A DNA stretch of 64,000 nucleotides from Puniceicoccales bacterium (GTDB lineage Bacteria; Verrucomicrobiota; Verrucomicrobiia; Opitutales; LL51), in assembly GCA_031255005.1 (NCBI GenBank), contig JAIRTH010000001.1, positions 768 through 64,767 of the forward strand. The letters run 5' to 3'. The translations under genes were made by a program, and so were the position numbers. Shown in pieces: positions 7,449 through 17,604 of the stretch. The notes under the pieces were generated by a model, which worked only from the letters and a program-made list of their open reading frames with translations, was not told where the DNA came from and did not search any database. Positions within the stretch are counted from its first letter, which is position 1. Each line of letters begins with the position of its first letter.

Positions 7449-8957
7449 CTATCCCTTTCTAAGAAAGAGTGATACGAGACCTGCAAGGAGTAATACGCCG
7501 ATGGCTATCCAAAATTTTTTAGTCCTTGAAGCAAAATCAGTTACATCCCGGAATGTGCCCTGTTCTCCGCCGGATGGCAACGCTCTCGTCTTGATCTTTC
7601 CTTTCGCCCAAAATCCATCATAGTTTCTTTCTATTAAATGTACCTCCATTTGTTTCATCGTTTCCAATATGACGCCAACAGAAATCAATGTTCCGGTTCC
7701 GCCAAAAAACATGGCGATCGAGTAGGGGATACCAAAGGAGAAATACAATAGATCCGGTAGTAAAGCTATTATGGTCAAGAAGATAGCGCCTGCCAAAGTA
7801 AGCCGCGTCATCACAAAATCCAAAAATTCTGCCGTTGCTGGCCCAGGGCGAATTCCTGGAATATAGCCACTATTTCTCTTTAAATCATCGGCTACTTGGG
7901 TTGGTTTAAACATTATCGAGACCCAGAAGTAGCTGAAAGCCAATATCAATGTGCCGTATATGGTATAATATACATAGGAACCATGGGACAGAATATAGGC
8001 CAGTTTTTGGAAAAATGAAATTCCTGTGGCACCGCCGATGTAGGCAAGTACTTGCTGTGGAAACATTAGTATTGTGCTCGCGAATATTACTGGCATAACT
8101 CCAGCATAGTTAACTTTCAATGGCAAAACCGACGCTTGTCCACCAATAACTTTCCTACCAATTACTTGTTTTGCATATTGTATTGGAATTTTTCTTACGG
8201 CTTGGGTAACGGCCACCATACTGCTCACCACCATAAGGAGTAAAATCGTCATCATAACCAGCTGAGGGAATCCCAAAAGAGAGCCTTCGGTGCCAAGTGG
8301 ACTGTAAAGCATTTCAAATAAACGAGATATGGCCTTTGGCAAGGAAGATAAAATACCAACGGTTATCAATATCGAGACACCATTTCCTATACCAAATTGT
8401 GTGATTCTTTCTCCGAACCATGTTAAAATCATTGTGCCAGCAGTCAAAAATATTGTTGATGTCACAAAAAACATGCCTCTATGCATCACAACTATGTCGC
8501 CATACACCTCCTTATCAAACCCGATGAATAATTTTTCAGGATAATTTGCCAGGGCGAGAACTAAAAGCATGCCCTGGATTACACAAATTAACACGGTTAA
8601 ATATCTGGTGTATTGAGCTATTCTTTGACGACCGCCATGTTCTCTTTGAATCCTGGCGAGCGTAGGTGCAACAGCCGTAAGAAGTTGCAGAATTATGGAT
8701 GCACTTATATATGGCATAACACCTAGCCCAAAGATCGCTCCTTTCAAAAAAGCGCCACCAGTGAACATATCGTAGAGACCGACCAATCCACCCGAAGCGC
8801 TACGTTGGGCAAGAAAAAAATCATACAAAGGTTTAGGATCTAAGCCAGGAAGCGGAATGTTAGCGCCAATTCTGGCAACAAAAACCATAGATAAAGTGAA
8901 GATTATTTTCTTCCTCAATTCTGGAATTTTGATACAATTTATAAACGCTAATAACAT
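7449..8957 (-). CDS. secY: Preprotein translocase SecY with ~43-aa C-terminal extension containing an extra hydrophobic helix
   Basis: 'GVMPYISASIILQLL', 'GYIPGIRPG', 'ETMKQMEVHLIERNYDGF'. The extra tail is 'ALPSGGEQGTFRDVTDFASRTKKFWIAIGVLLLAGLVSLFLRKG'. Confidence 0.95.
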   Translation of the reverse strand: MLLAFINCIKIPELRKKIIFTLSMVFVARIGANIPLPGLDPKPLYDFFLAQRSASGGLVGLYDMFTGGAFLKGAIFGLGVMPYISASIILQLLTAVAPTLARIQREHGGRQRIAQYTRYLTVLICVIQGMLLVLALANYPEKLFIGFDKEVYGDIVVMHRGMFFVTSTIFLTAGTMILTWFGERITQFGIGNGVSILITVGILSSLPKAISRLFEMLYSPLGTEGSLLGFPQLVMMTILLLMVVSSMVAVTQAVRKIPIQYAKQVIGRKVIGGQASVLPLKVNYAGVMPVIFASTILMFPQQVLAYIGGATGISFFQKLAYILSHGSYVYYTIYGTLILAFSYFWVSIMFKPTQVADDLKRNSGYIPGIRPGPATAEFLDFVMTRLTLAGAIFLTIIALLPDLLYFSFGIPYSIAMFFGGTGTLISVGVILETMKQMEVHLIERNYDGFWAKGKIKTRALPSGGEQGTFRDVTDFASRTKKFWIAIGVLLLAGLVSLFLRKG

Positions 8958-8971
8958 GTAATAGTACCCAT

Positions 8972-9427
8972 TTAATTTTCAACACCCGTAGCAGAATTTA
9001 ACCTAACCACAGTTCCTCCGAGAGCTAGAATTTTTTTCTCCGCTGCAGCAGAAAAAAAATCAACTTTTACGGTGACTTTTCTTTCAAGTTCCCCTGCTCC
9101 AAGCACTTTTACGACAGCATCTGGTTTATTTATGAGGCCATATTTGAATAATATTTCTTTATCGATCACGTCCTCAATAATCCGCGCTAGTCCTGAAATA
9201 TTTACAATGGCAATATTTGTTTTGAACAGAAAATTTTTAAACCCACGCTTCGGCAGTCTTCTATAATAAGGTATTCCACAACAGCAAGGTGCTGGTGAAT
9301 AACCAGATCTCGCTTTGCCCCCCTTGTGCCCTCGACCGCTGGTCCCGCCTCTTCCACTGCTATCACCACGCCCTCTTCTTCGAGTGTGATCGCTGTTCCC
9401 AATTTTAACTAAATTATGCAATTTCAT
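8972..9427 (-). CDS. rplO: 50S ribosomal protein L15
   Basis: 'MKLHNL' and 'RRGRGDSSGRGGTSGRGHKGGKARSG'. Internal ATG chosen (the track ORF extends 24 nt further and would overlap rpsE). Confidence 0.92.
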   Translation of the reverse strand: MKLHNLVKIGNSDHTRRRGRGDSSGRGGTSGRGHKGGKARSGYSPAPCCCGIPYYRRLPKRGFKNFLFKTNIAIVNISGLARIIEDVIDKEILFKYGLINKPDAVVKVLGAGELERKVTVKVDFFSAAAEKKILALGGTVVRLNSATGVEN

Positions 9428-9444
9428 AACTAACCAAAAATAAA

Positions 9445-10011
9445 TTAACAATCGCCATCGGCATGACGTATGGCCATAACTTCTTCTCGTGTACGGAGTT
9501 GCGAAAGCGCATCCAATGTTGCCCTGACCATGGCAAATGGATTATTTGATCCCATGGATTTTGTGAGTATATCTGTCACTCCAAGAACTTCCAGCACGGC
9601 ACGCACACCTCCGCCAGCTATAATCCCAGTACCAGGTGCCGCCGGACGTAGCAAAACTCTACCTCCATCTGCAACACCAACAGCTATATGCGGAACGGTT
9701 GAATTACAAATGGAATAGGATCTTATATTTTTTTTAGCTTGGTCAATGGCCTTGCGAACGGCATCTGGTGTTTCTTTTGCTTTGCCGACGCCAATGCCAA
9801 CGCGACCGGCCTTATCGCCGATCACTGCCAATGCAGAAAATCCAAATCTGCGGCCACCTGTAACTACTTTCGCGCAACGGTTTATGCGTACAACCTTATC
9901 AACAAATGGAGTCTCGGAACTCTCTTTTTCTCTGCTAGCTGCGCTATTTCTTAATCTCCTTCTTCCACGAAAATCAGCACCACCTCCAGAAAAACTTCTA
10001 TCGCTACTCAT
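9445..10011 (-). CDS. rpsE: 30S ribosomal protein S5
   Basis: 'VVRINRCAKVVTGGRRFGFSALAVIGD..GRVG.G.GKA.E.P.A..KA'. Confidence 0.95.
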   Translation of the reverse strand: MSSDRSFSGGGADFRGRRRLRNSAASREKESSETPFVDKVVRINRCAKVVTGGRRFGFSALAVIGDKAGRVGIGVGKAKETPDAVRKAIDQAKKNIRSYSICNSTVPHIAVGVADGGRVLLRPAAPGTGIIAGGGVRAVLEVLGVTDILTKSMGSNNPFAMVRATLDALSQLRTREEVMAIRHADGDC

Positions 10012-10017
10012 AATGTC

Positions 10018-10380
10018 CTAAAAGCTTAATCCAGATTCCCTTGCTGCATTCGCAAATGATGCAATTACCCCATGATATTTTTTTGTACTTCGGTCAAACA
10101 CAACCTGTTTTATGCCATAAGATAGGACGTGTTTTCCGAATTCAATGCCAAATTCACTGGCCCCATTGACGTTTGGTTTAATTTTTTTGTCCCTCAATGG
10201 CAATGCTAGGGTGGACAGCGCAGCAATGGTCAGACCTGTATCATCATCTATGCATTGGGCATAGACATGTTTAGTGCTGAAATGAACAGATAACCTTGGC
10301 CTATCTCCGGTACCATGAATCCGCCGCCTAATCCTAAGCCTTCGCCTTTCACTGGATTTCTTTTTATCTTTGTAATTCAT
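10018..10380 (-). CDS. rplR: 50S ribosomal protein L18
   Basis: 'RRRLRIRRRI.G...RPRLSVHFSTKHVYAQCIDD'. ATG at 10380 preferred over the upstream TTG used by the track. Confidence 0.92.
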   Translation of the reverse strand: MNYKDKKKSSERRRLRIRRRIHGTGDRPRLSVHFSTKHVYAQCIDDDTGLTIAALSTLALPLRDKKIKPNVNGASEFGIEFGKHVLSYGIKQVVFDRSTKKYHGVIASFANAARESGLSF

Positions 10381-10400
10381 AAATAAAACAAACAAATATT

Positions 10401-10937
10401 CTAAGATGCCTTTTTTCCTTCTTTTCGCCGAACATGCTCGCCGACAATCCTAACCCCTTTTCCTTTATAAGGTTCCACCGGATAAAAATGTTTTATATCC
10501 GAAGCCACTTGCCCAACCATATGTTTATCTGGACCCTCAACCAAAATTTTTGTGTTTTCTTGAACAACAATTTTTATTCCTTCTGGTATTTTGTAACGTA
10601 TTGGATGTGAATAACCTAACGATAAATCCAGCAAATTGCCTGAAACAGCTGCTTTGAAGCCAACTCCATTTATTTCAAGATTTTTTGAAAAACATTTTTG
10701 AACTCCAATTACCATCGAATTTATAATCGATCTGACGGTACCATACATGGCTGCCGAATGGGAATTATTATCTTTGCGTGACACAGAAATGATTCCATCA
10801 GAAATGCTTATTTTAACCGATTTATCGAACTTTTTGCTGAGATTTCCACAGGGACCACTAACATTAATCACATCTCCATCTAAGGTAATCGTAACGGAAG
10901 CGGGTATCTCTATGGGTAATTTTCCAATTCTACTCAT
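10401..10937 (-). CDS. rplF: 50S ribosomal protein L6
   Basis: 'MSRIGKLPIEIP' and 'GYSHPIRYKIPEGI', with spc-operon position. Confidence 0.95.
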   Translation of the reverse strand: MSRIGKLPIEIPASVTITLDGDVINVSGPCGNLSKKFDKSVKISISDGIISVSRKDNNSHSAAMYGTVRSIINSMVIGVQKCFSKNLEINGVGFKAAVSGNLLDLSLGYSHPIRYKIPEGIKIVVQENTKILVEGPDKHMVGQVASDIKHFYPVEPYKGKGVRIVGEHVRRKEGKKAS

Positions 10938-10948
10938 AACATATTCTC

Positions 10949-11338
10949 CTACCAGACTTTACATAATAATTCACCACCCACATTCATCCTGATAGCATCA
11001 CGATTAGACATTATGCCTTTGGAGGTGCTAAGTATGGATAATCCAAGTCCGCTTATGACCGGAGGTATGGATTTTGCGCCAAAATAAATTCTACACCCAG
11101 GTTTACTGCAACGAGTAAGTTCAACTATTGCAGGCCTATTATTGACATATTTAATAAAAATTTTCAACAATGGAAAATTTTTTTCGATATCAATTTTGGA
11201 ATAATCGGCAACATAACCATTGGCTTTTAGTATAGAAGCTATGGACTCTCTCATTTTAGAGTACGAAAGAATACAAGTCTCTTTGCCAGCAGAACTTGCA
11301 TTTCTTATCGCGGTTAAAAAATCTCCTACAGTATCCAT
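10949..11338 (-). CDS. rpsH: 30S ribosomal protein S8
   Basis: 'DTVGDFLTAIRNA', and ends 'GGELLCKVW'. Confidence 0.95.
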   Translation of the reverse strand: MDTVGDFLTAIRNASSAGKETCILSYSKMRESIASILKANGYVADYSKIDIEKNFPLLKIFIKYVNNRPAIVELTRCSKPGCRIYFGAKSIPPVISGLGLSILSTSKGIMSNRDAIRMNVGGELLCKVW

Positions 11339-11354
11339 CAGATTGCAAATTAAA

Positions 11355-11660
11355 TTACCAAGATGCCTTGACCAATCCCGGAATCAGTCCAGACAAAGCA
11401 AATTCTCTCAATTTAAGCCTCGAGATGCCAAATCTACCATGAAATGCACGGGGTCTTCCGGTTATGCAGCATCTATTTCTCAATCGCACCAATGATGAAT
11501 TCCTTGGAAGCCTGTTTAAGTTGTACAAGGTCTTAAAAAACATATCATCATCTACATCGGGATTGCTGAGTATTTTTTTATATTCTTTTCTCTTCGCCGC
11601 GAACTTTGCAACGAGAGCCATCCTTTTTTCATTTCTTTTTATTACTGAAATTTTCGCCAT
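11355..11660 (-). CDS. rpsN: 30S ribosomal protein S14 (long, ~101 aa form)
   Basis: 'MAKISVIKRNEKR' and 'RNRCCITGRPRAFHGRFGISRLKLRE.A..G.IPGLVKASW'. Internal ATG chosen; the track ORF's upstream extension overlaps rplE. Confidence 0.92.
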   Translation of the reverse strand: MAKISVIKRNEKRMALVAKFAAKRKEYKKILSNPDVDDDMFFKTLYNLNRLPRNSSLVRLRNRCCITGRPRAFHGRFGISRLKLREFALSGLIPGLVKASW

Positions 11661-11667
11661 AATATTA

Positions 11668-12228
11668 CTAGGAATTAATTTTTTTCTTAAAGGGCATGCC
11701 CAGCATCCTGAGAAGATCCCATCCTTCATCGTCGGTTTTCGCCGTTGTGACAAATGATATATCCATTCCTATGGTTTTTTTCTCGCGGTCAACACTAATT
11801 TCAGGAAATATGGTATGATCGGTTACCCCAATGGTATAATTCCCGCGGCCATCCATTTTGTTTGAAACACCACGAAAATCTCTGACGATAGGAAGCGCGA
11901 TACATGTAAATCTCAAGAAAAAATCGTACATGGCATCACCACGCAACGTAACTTTTATGCCATTTGGTACGCCCTTTCTAAGTTTGAAATTAGAAATACT
12001 TTTCTTAGCAGCAACCACCACAGGTTTTTGGCAGGTTATCAATCCTATATCTCTCGTAAGATCTTCAATGTAAGACTTATCGCAGCTTGAGTTTATTGCA
12101 GAATTTACGACAATTTTTTCAAGCTTTGGCACATCATGACGATTGCGATATCCGCGAACCTTCTCAAGCTCAGGAGCAATCGATTTAAGATACAAATCCT
12201 TTAATGCAGATCTAACTTTCATAACCAT
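11668..12228 (-). CDS. rplE: 50S ribosomal protein L5
   Basis: 'LKDLYLKSIAPEL', 'PKLEKIVVNSAI', 'RGDAMYDFFLRF..IALPIVRDFRG'. Confidence 0.95.
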   Translation of the reverse strand: MVMKVRSALKDLYLKSIAPELEKVRGYRNRHDVPKLEKIVVNSAINSSCDKSYIEDLTRDIGLITCQKPVVVAAKKSISNFKLRKGVPNGIKVTLRGDAMYDFFLRFTCIALPIVRDFRGVSNKMDGRGNYTIGVTDHTIFPEISVDREKKTIGMDISFVTTAKTDDEGWDLLRMLGMPFKKKINS

Positions 12229-12261
12229 AACTATTATAGCACAACAACATAGAAATTAACC

Positions 12262-12519
12262 TTACGAAGCGTCTTTTGCTCTCTTTGAATCGTATTTCGA
12301 GGCCAACATAACATTGGAATAATGAATCGATGACTCGATTTTAATTTCACCACCCTCTGGATTGGACTGGCTCTTTTTTATGAATTGTCTTCGCAATGCA
12401 ACTCCTTCCACTACAACACGACATGAATTTCGCAAAACACTAATTATTCGACCACGTTTGCCTTTATTAGTGCCCGAAATAACAACCACATCATCACCTT
12501 TTTTTATTGAATATTTCAT
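12262..12519 (-). CDS. rplX: 50S ribosomal protein L24 (short, 85 aa)
   Basis: KOW motif '[21 protein letters not shown]'. ATGA overlap with rplN. Confidence 0.9.
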   Translation of the reverse strand: MKYSIKKGDDVVVISGTNKGKRGRIISVLRNSCRVVVEGVALRRQFIKKSQSNPEGGEIKIESSIHYSNVMLASKYDSKRAKDAS

Positions 12520-12881
12520 ATTACCTCCGGAGACAGCGACACTATTTTCATGAAATTTTTTTGTCTTAATTCTCGAGCCACTGGCCCAAAAATTCTAGTT
12601 CCAGACGGATTGTTTTTGTCATCTATTATCACGCAGGCATTGCTATCGAAGCGCAAATAGCTGCCATCTTCACGTCTTATCGGATAGGCTGTTCTAACTA
12701 TAACTGCCTTAGCCACAGTACCTTTCTTCACGGATGCTTCCGGTATACTATCTTTTATGGCGACCACAATGACATCGCCAACCGAAGCAGTCCTTTTGTT
12801 CTGTCCGAGGCGTCGAATCATCATTGCCTTTTTGGCTCCGGTATTATCCGCTACATCTAATATGCTCTGTTGCTGTAACAT
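12516..12881 (-). CDS. rplN: 50S ribosomal protein L14
   Basis: '[17 protein letters not shown]' and '[12 protein letters not shown]'. Confidence 0.95.
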   Translation of the reverse strand: MLQQQSILDVADNTGAKKAMMIRRLGQNKRTASVGDVIVVAIKDSIPEASVKKGTVAKAVIVRTAYPIRREDGSYLRFDSNACVIIDDKNNPSGTRIFGPVARELRQKNFMKIVSLSPEVI

Positions 12882-12902
12882 ATAAATCTCCTCTTATATT
12901 TA

Positions 12903-13184
12903 TTACAAAACTGGTGCCTTTTTTACCGTGTTGACAAATCGCCAACGCTTCAATTTGCTTAATGGTCGCGTCTCTACTATTTCAACTTCATCGCCCAAAG
13001 AGCATTCATTGTTTTGATCATGGACATATACAAGTGTCCTTCGCCTAACTTCTTTTTTATAAAGAATATGTGGAATTTTATAGGAATAGGAAACTTTGAT
13101 GGTTTTGTCACCACAACGTCCGATCACAACCCCGACCAATCTCTTTCTTGCATTTTTTCTACTATTATTACCGCTCTCCGACAT
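12903..13184 (-). CDS. rpsQ: 30S ribosomal protein S17
   Basis: 'RLVGVVIGRCGDKTIKV', 'YVHDQNNEC.LGDEVEIVETRPLSKLKRWR'. Confidence 0.93.
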   Translation of the reverse strand: MSESGNNSRKNARKRLVGVVIGRCGDKTIKVSYSYKIPHILYKKEVRRRTLVYVHDQNNECSLGDEVEIVETRPLSKLKRWRFVNTVKKAPVL

Positions 13185-13193
13185 ATTACAATC

Positions 13194-13409
13194 CTAACAT
13201 GTTAGTGTTTGACAAAACTTGCAAGCCTTTTGTCTCAAAAAAGTTTCAATTTTTGCAATTTCTTTTCTTGTTTTGGTGATAGAAGCAGAATTTTCCAACT
13301 GAGCCGATGATTTTTTCAATCGCAGCTGGAACAGTTCTTCATGCATTTTTTCCAATTTTTTCCTGAGATCAATAATAGAAAGCTCACTATAATCAATTTT
13401 ATCAGTCAT
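13194..13409 (-). CDS. rpmC: 50S ribosomal protein L29
   Basis: 'LSIIDLRKKLEKMHEELFQLRLKKSSAQLEN' and position between rplP and rpsQ. Confidence 0.9.
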   Translation of the reverse strand: MTDKIDYSELSIIDLRKKLEKMHEELFQLRLKKSSAQLENSASITKTRKEIAKIETFLRQKACKFCQTLTC

Positions 13410-13837
13410 TTATATTCCTCCAAACTTTCACGACTAATGAATCTACAATGGATCGGCAATTTGCAATCAGCCAACCTAAGTGCTTCACGTGCTAATGTTA
13501 ATGAAACGCCAGCCAATTCAAATAATATTACTCCTGGTTTTACCGCGGATGCCCAATATTCAACAGGACCTTTTCCTTTGCCCATGCGTGTTTCGGCTGG
13601 CTTTTTAGTTATTGGTTTATGTGGAAAAACTCTGACCCATAATTTGCCTTTTCTTTTTAAATGCCGAGATATGGAAACCCTCGCTGCTTCTATCTGAGAC
13701 GCAGTCATACTGCATCGTTCGAGTGCTTGAATTCCAAAATCGCCAAAGGCCAAAGAATCGCCACCTTTGGTTTTCCCACGGTTTCTCCCTTTTTGTACCT
13801 TTCTATATTTGGTTCTTGCTGGTGATAATTTGCTCAT
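13406..13837 (-). CDS. rplP: 50S ribosomal protein L16
   Basis: 'PARTKYRKVQKGRNRG' and 'RMGKGKG.VEYW'. Confidence 0.95.
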   Translation of the reverse strand: MSKLSPARTKYRKVQKGRNRGKTKGGDSLAFGDFGIQALERCSMTASQIEAARVSISRHLKRKGKLWVRVFPHKPITKKPAETRMGKGKGPVEYWASAVKPGVILFELAGVSLTLAREALRLADCKLPIHCRFISRESLEEYK

Positions 13838-13849
13838 TTTCTACAATTT

Positions 13850-14482
13850 TTATACCTTTAATTCGTCATTACGACAAATCCAACATTTAATTCCAACCTT
13901 ACCATAAACTGTTCCGGCTTCGGAAAAACCGTAGTCTATATTTTCCTTAAGAGTATGCAATGGAACACGTCCGGCTCTCTGAGATTCGGTTCTAGCTATT
14001 TCAGCGCCGCCCAAACGTCCGGCACATTGAAGCCTAATTCCATCAGCTCCCAAGCCAATGGCAGTCTGAACTGCTTTTTTCATTGCCCTCCGAAATGATA
14101 CGCGACGCTCCAATTGAATTGCGATATTCTCTGCCACTAATTGAGCCACCAGGTCAGGTCTTTTAATTTCTTGAATATCAACGATTGCTTCCCGGCCGGT
14201 CAATGTTTTCAAATCATCACACAATTTATCGAGCTCCTGGCCCTTTCGACCTATCACAAGGCCTGGCCGTGATGTAAATATTTTGACCCGTGCGCGATTT
14301 CCTGCCCGTTCTATGGATATCTGAGAACAAGCTGCCGGCCCTAACTTCTCCTTAAGAAATGATCTTATTTTAAAATCTTCATGTAATAGCTTTGGAAAAT
14401 CTTTTTTGGTCGCATACCAATGCGAACCCCAATTTCTCCTAACTAATAAACGCAAACCAACTGGATTAACCTTTTGTCCCAT
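13850..14482 (-). CDS. rpsC: 30S ribosomal protein S3
   Basis: 'MGQKVNPVGLRL', KH domain, 'RLGGAEIARTE....GRVPLHTL'. Confidence 0.95.
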   Translation of the reverse strand: MGQKVNPVGLRLLVRRNWGSHWYATKKDFPKLLHEDFKIRSFLKEKLGPAACSQISIERAGNRARVKIFTSRPGLVIGRKGQELDKLCDDLKTLTGREAIVDIQEIKRPDLVAQLVAENIAIQLERRVSFRRAMKKAVQTAIGLGADGIRLQCAGRLGGAEIARTESQRAGRVPLHTLKENIDYGFSEAGTVYGKVGIKCWICRNDELKV

Positions 14483-14513
14483 AGCTACTTAATAAATTAC
14501 TTGTTATCCCTTT

Positions 14514-14849
14514 TCATTTCAAATTATCAGTAAGAATCACTTTTATGTGGCTGGTTCGTTTTCTTATTGGATGAGCCGATCCTCTGGCCGCAGGAATGGA
14601 TCTGTGAAGCGAAAACCCTTGTTCTGCAATGGCATCTTTGACATAGAGCGAAGCTGAACCTACATTTTTGCATTCAGCATTTGCCATGGCACTGGCCAAA
14701 GTTTTCGCCAATAAATAAGCAGATTTTTTGTTTATAAGTTTCAGCAGTTGCAAAGCTTTTTCCGCGGGCATGCCTACTACAGAACGGGCAACTGTATGCA
14801 CCTTCTTCGGCGACATTCTTGCATATTTTATTACAGATCTTATTTCCAT
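14514..14849 (-). CDS. rplV: 50S ribosomal protein L22
   Basis: 'ARMSPKKVHTVARSV.G' and 'ARGSAHPIRKRTSHI'. Confidence 0.95.
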   Translation of the reverse strand: MEIRSVIKYARMSPKKVHTVARSVVGMPAEKALQLLKLINKKSAYLLAKTLASAMANAECKNVGSASLYVKDAIAEQGFSLHRSIPAARGSAHPIRKRTSHIKVILTDNLK

Positions 14850-14866
14850 ATCAAAAAAATAACTAA

Positions 14867-15136
14867 CTATTTCTGAGTGTGAGGGTTGTGTGTTTTAAAT
14901 GTGCGAGTAGGGGAGAATTCACCGAGTTTGTGACCTACCATATTTTCTGTTATGTGAACATCAACGAAAATTTTACCATTGTGAACTTGAAAATTTAAAC
15001 CAACAAAATCGGGTGTAATAGTGGACCGTCGAGACCAAGTTTTTATCGGTTTCCTACTATCCGAACTGGCCGCAATATCCACTCGATCCAATAGCCCAGG
15101 GTCGACAAAAAATCCTTTTTTAGAAGAACGTGCCAT
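14867..15136 (-). CDS. rpsS: 30S ribosomal protein S19
   Basis: '[12 protein letters not shown]' and '[17 protein letters not shown]'. Confidence 0.95.
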   Translation of the reverse strand: MARSSKKGFFVDPGLLDRVDIAASSDSRKPIKTWSRRSTITPDFVGLNFQVHNGKIFVDVHITENMVGHKLGEFSPTRTFKTHNPHTQK

Positions 15137-15140
15137 ACAA

Positions 15141-15989
15141 TTAACCTTTTTTCACCTTTCTACCATTTCGCCTAACTATAATCATAGCATTGGTTGGTTT
15201 TGATTTTTTCCTGGTGGGCAATCCCTTAGCCAATTGTGCCCAGGGAGAAGTTGGATGTCTTCCGCCGGATGAACGACCTTCGCCACCACCCATTGGATGA
15301 TCCACTGGATTCATTGCAACACCACGAACTCTTGGTCTACGTCCGAGCCAACGATTTCTGCCAGCTTTCCCAAGAGATTGCTTAAAGTGTTCGCCATTAC
15401 CAACTTCGCCTATGGTCGCACGACATTTAGGATTCAATAATCTTATTTCACCGCTGGGCATTTTGACCGTTGCAAACTTACCGTCCATGGCAACCAATGT
15501 GGCCCGAGTACCGGCGCTACGAGCTAAAACCGCCCCACAGCCAGGATGTAATTCAATACAATGGATAGGAATGCCAAGCGGCATCATATTCAACGGCAAC
15601 GACATACCAACACTGAAATTATCCGTTGAAGAATTTAAGCTGATCACCTTCGTGCCAATTCCAGTGTCACGAGGGCACGGAATGTAGCGTTTTTCTCCAT
15701 CGCCATAAATCACCAATGCAACATCGGCTGACCTATTGGGATCATATTCAATCCTGGAAATGGTTCCAGATACATCGAGTTTATCTCTTTTAAAATCAAT
15801 GACTCTATAGAGTTTTTTATGCCCGCCGCCTCGCCTGCGCGATGTTATTCTGCCATAACAATTTCTGCCACTGCTGCGAATTTTACTGACAATAAGTCTA
15901 CGCTCAGGTCTATTTTTATGCAACTGGCGTCTACTCAGGTGCAAAAATCTTTGACCTGGCGTCCTTGGATTATGTTGAATAATGCTCAT
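15141..15989 (-). CDS. rplB: 50S ribosomal protein L2
   Basis: '[17 protein letters not shown]' and '[24 protein letters not shown]'. Confidence 0.96.
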   Translation of the reverse strand: MSIIQHNPRTPGQRFLHLSRRQLHKNRPERRLIVSKIRSSGRNCYGRITSRRRGGGHKKLYRVIDFKRDKLDVSGTISRIEYDPNRSADVALVIYGDGEKRYIPCPRDTGIGTKVISLNSSTDNFSVGMSLPLNMMPLGIPIHCIELHPGCGAVLARSAGTRATLVAMDGKFATVKMPSGEIRLLNPKCRATIGEVGNGEHFKQSLGKAGRNRWLGRRPRVRGVAMNPVDHPMGGGEGRSSGGRHPTSPWAQLAKGLPTRKKSKPTNAMIIVRRNGRKVKKG

Positions 15990-16007
15990 CTACTAAAAAT
16001 TTTAAAA

Positions 16008-16298
16008 TCAAACAACCTCTATTTTCTGTTCTTTTTTAATGCCGACTATCGCAAGCTTTTTGCAACTCGTTCTGCCATAGCACCCGCGTCGCGATCTATC
16101 TCTTTTCAATTTTCCACGCCTAATAATCGTATTGATGCTAACAACATCCACCCCAAAGGCTTTTTCAATGGCATGCTTAATAGACATCTTGTTTGCGCCT
16201 CGATGAACCTCAAATGCATATTGATTTAACATAGATGATAGACCTGTAAACTTTTCTGTACAGTAGATACGAGTCAAAATTTTGTCAATAAAAATCAT
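16008..16298 (-). CDS. rplW: 50S ribosomal protein L23
   Basis: 'YAFEVHRGANKMSIKHAIEKAFGVDVVSINT' and position between rplD and rplB. Confidence 0.9.
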   Translation of the reverse strand: MIFIDKILTRIYCTEKFTGLSSMLNQYAFEVHRGANKMSIKHAIEKAFGVDVVSINTIIRRGKLKRDRSRRGCYGRTSCKKLAIVGIKKEQKIEVV

Positions 16299-16304
16299 AA
16301 TTAT

Positions 16305-16937
16305 TTATATTCCTGCTCTGTTTATTAAAACCTCAAAAGCTGCCTCTGAAACTAAATAGTGATCATAACGTACTAAATCCAAGGCGTTTACATAAGCTGC
16401 AGTCATCCTATATATTCTGGTGCAATTTCGTGAAGCTAAAATAAATTCCTTAGAAAATTCTGTATCTATGACGAGAATTTTATCATCATTTGGTGGATAA
16501 ATTTTGTTTATAAATTCTATCAGTGCTCTAGATTTTGCATTTATTTGCGGAAATGCCTCTATGGCAGACAGTTCTGATGATAATACTCCATCGTATATGG
16601 TGCGACCCAGAGCCAATCTTTTCACTTTTTTGTTTATTTTTTTGTAATAACTGCGCGGATGTGGCCCAAAAACAATACCACCGCCGCTCCATAGAGGACT
16701 TCTAATCGACCCATGCCTAGCGTTGCCGGTGCCTTTCTGTCTATAAGGTTTTTTGCCACTGCCACTTACGGTTGAATGTGTCTTGGTTGAAGCATTGCCC
16801 TGCCTTTTATTAGAAAGAAAAACATCCAGAACAAATTTCACAGCATTGATGCCACGATCACCATCAAATGCCGTCAACTCAGCTATTTCCTTTTCGTTAG
16901 ACAACTCTCCTGAAGAATTATAAATCCTTAATTTCAT
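16305..16937 (-). CDS. rplD: 50S ribosomal protein L4
   Basis: 'KPYRQKGTGNARHGSIRSPLWSGGGIVFGP'. Internal ATG (MKLRIYNSSG) chosen so that it does not overlap rplC. Confidence 0.93.
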   Translation of the reverse strand: MKLRIYNSSGELSNEKEIAELTAFDGDRGINAVKFVLDVFLSNKRQGNASTKTHSTVSGSGKKPYRQKGTGNARHGSIRSPLWSGGGIVFGPHPRSYYKKINKKVKRLALGRTIYDGVLSSELSAIEAFPQINAKSRALIEFINKIYPPNDDKILVIDTEFSKEFILASRNCTRIYRMTAAYVNALDLVRYDHYLVSEAAFEVLINRAGI

Positions 16938-16950
16938 ATCAGCAATCCTC

Positions 16951-17604
16951 TCAATCTTTTTTGCCACATTTCGCTTTTTGTGACTTGCGTATGGCAACTA
17001 AACAATCATTGGCACCGGGGACGCCACCTTTCACTAAAATAATACCACGATCCTGTTTTAAATCAACGATTTCGAGATTTTGAATCGTTATCCTATCGCA
17101 ACCGGCATGACCGGGCATCTTTCGGCCTTTATATACATGTCCAGGCCATTGCCGTTGTCCATAGGATCCACCTCGTCTATGAAACATCGAACCATGCGAC
17201 GCTGGTCCACCAGAAAAACCATATCGCTTCATAACTCCTTGAAATCCACGGCCTTTTGATGTTCCTATCACATCAACTTTTTCACCTTTGGAAAAAATTG
17301 ACATATCTATGATATCTCCAATTTGATAAGCCGAATCGCCATTCGTTCTGAATTCACAAATAACACTACCGACGCTTAAATTATTTTTAGAAAAATGTCC
17401 GAGCAATGGTTTTGTGATATTCGATTGTTTTTTTTGCTCAAAAGCTATCTGAATGGCAGAATATCCATCCCTTATCTCGGTTTTTATCTGACTTACATAA
17501 CATGGTCCGGCCTGAATAACCGTTACAGGAATAAGCTTCCCAGATTCGATGAATACCTGGGTCATTCCGATCTTTCTACCTAAAATTAATGTTTTATCCT
17601 TCAT
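16951..17604 (-). CDS. rplC: 50S ribosomal protein L3
   Basis: 'GRKIGMTQVF' and 'GTSKGRGFQGVMKRYGFSGGPASHGS'. Confidence 0.95.
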   Translation of the reverse strand: MKDKTLILGRKIGMTQVFIESGKLIPVTVIQAGPCYVSQIKTEIRDGYSAIQIAFEQKKQSNITKPLLGHFSKNNLSVGSVICEFRTNGDSAYQIGDIIDMSIFSKGEKVDVIGTSKGRGFQGVMKRYGFSGGPASHGSMFHRRGGSYGQRQWPGHVYKGRKMPGHAGCDRITIQNLEIVDLKQDRGIILVKGGVPGANDCLVAIRKSQKAKCGKKD

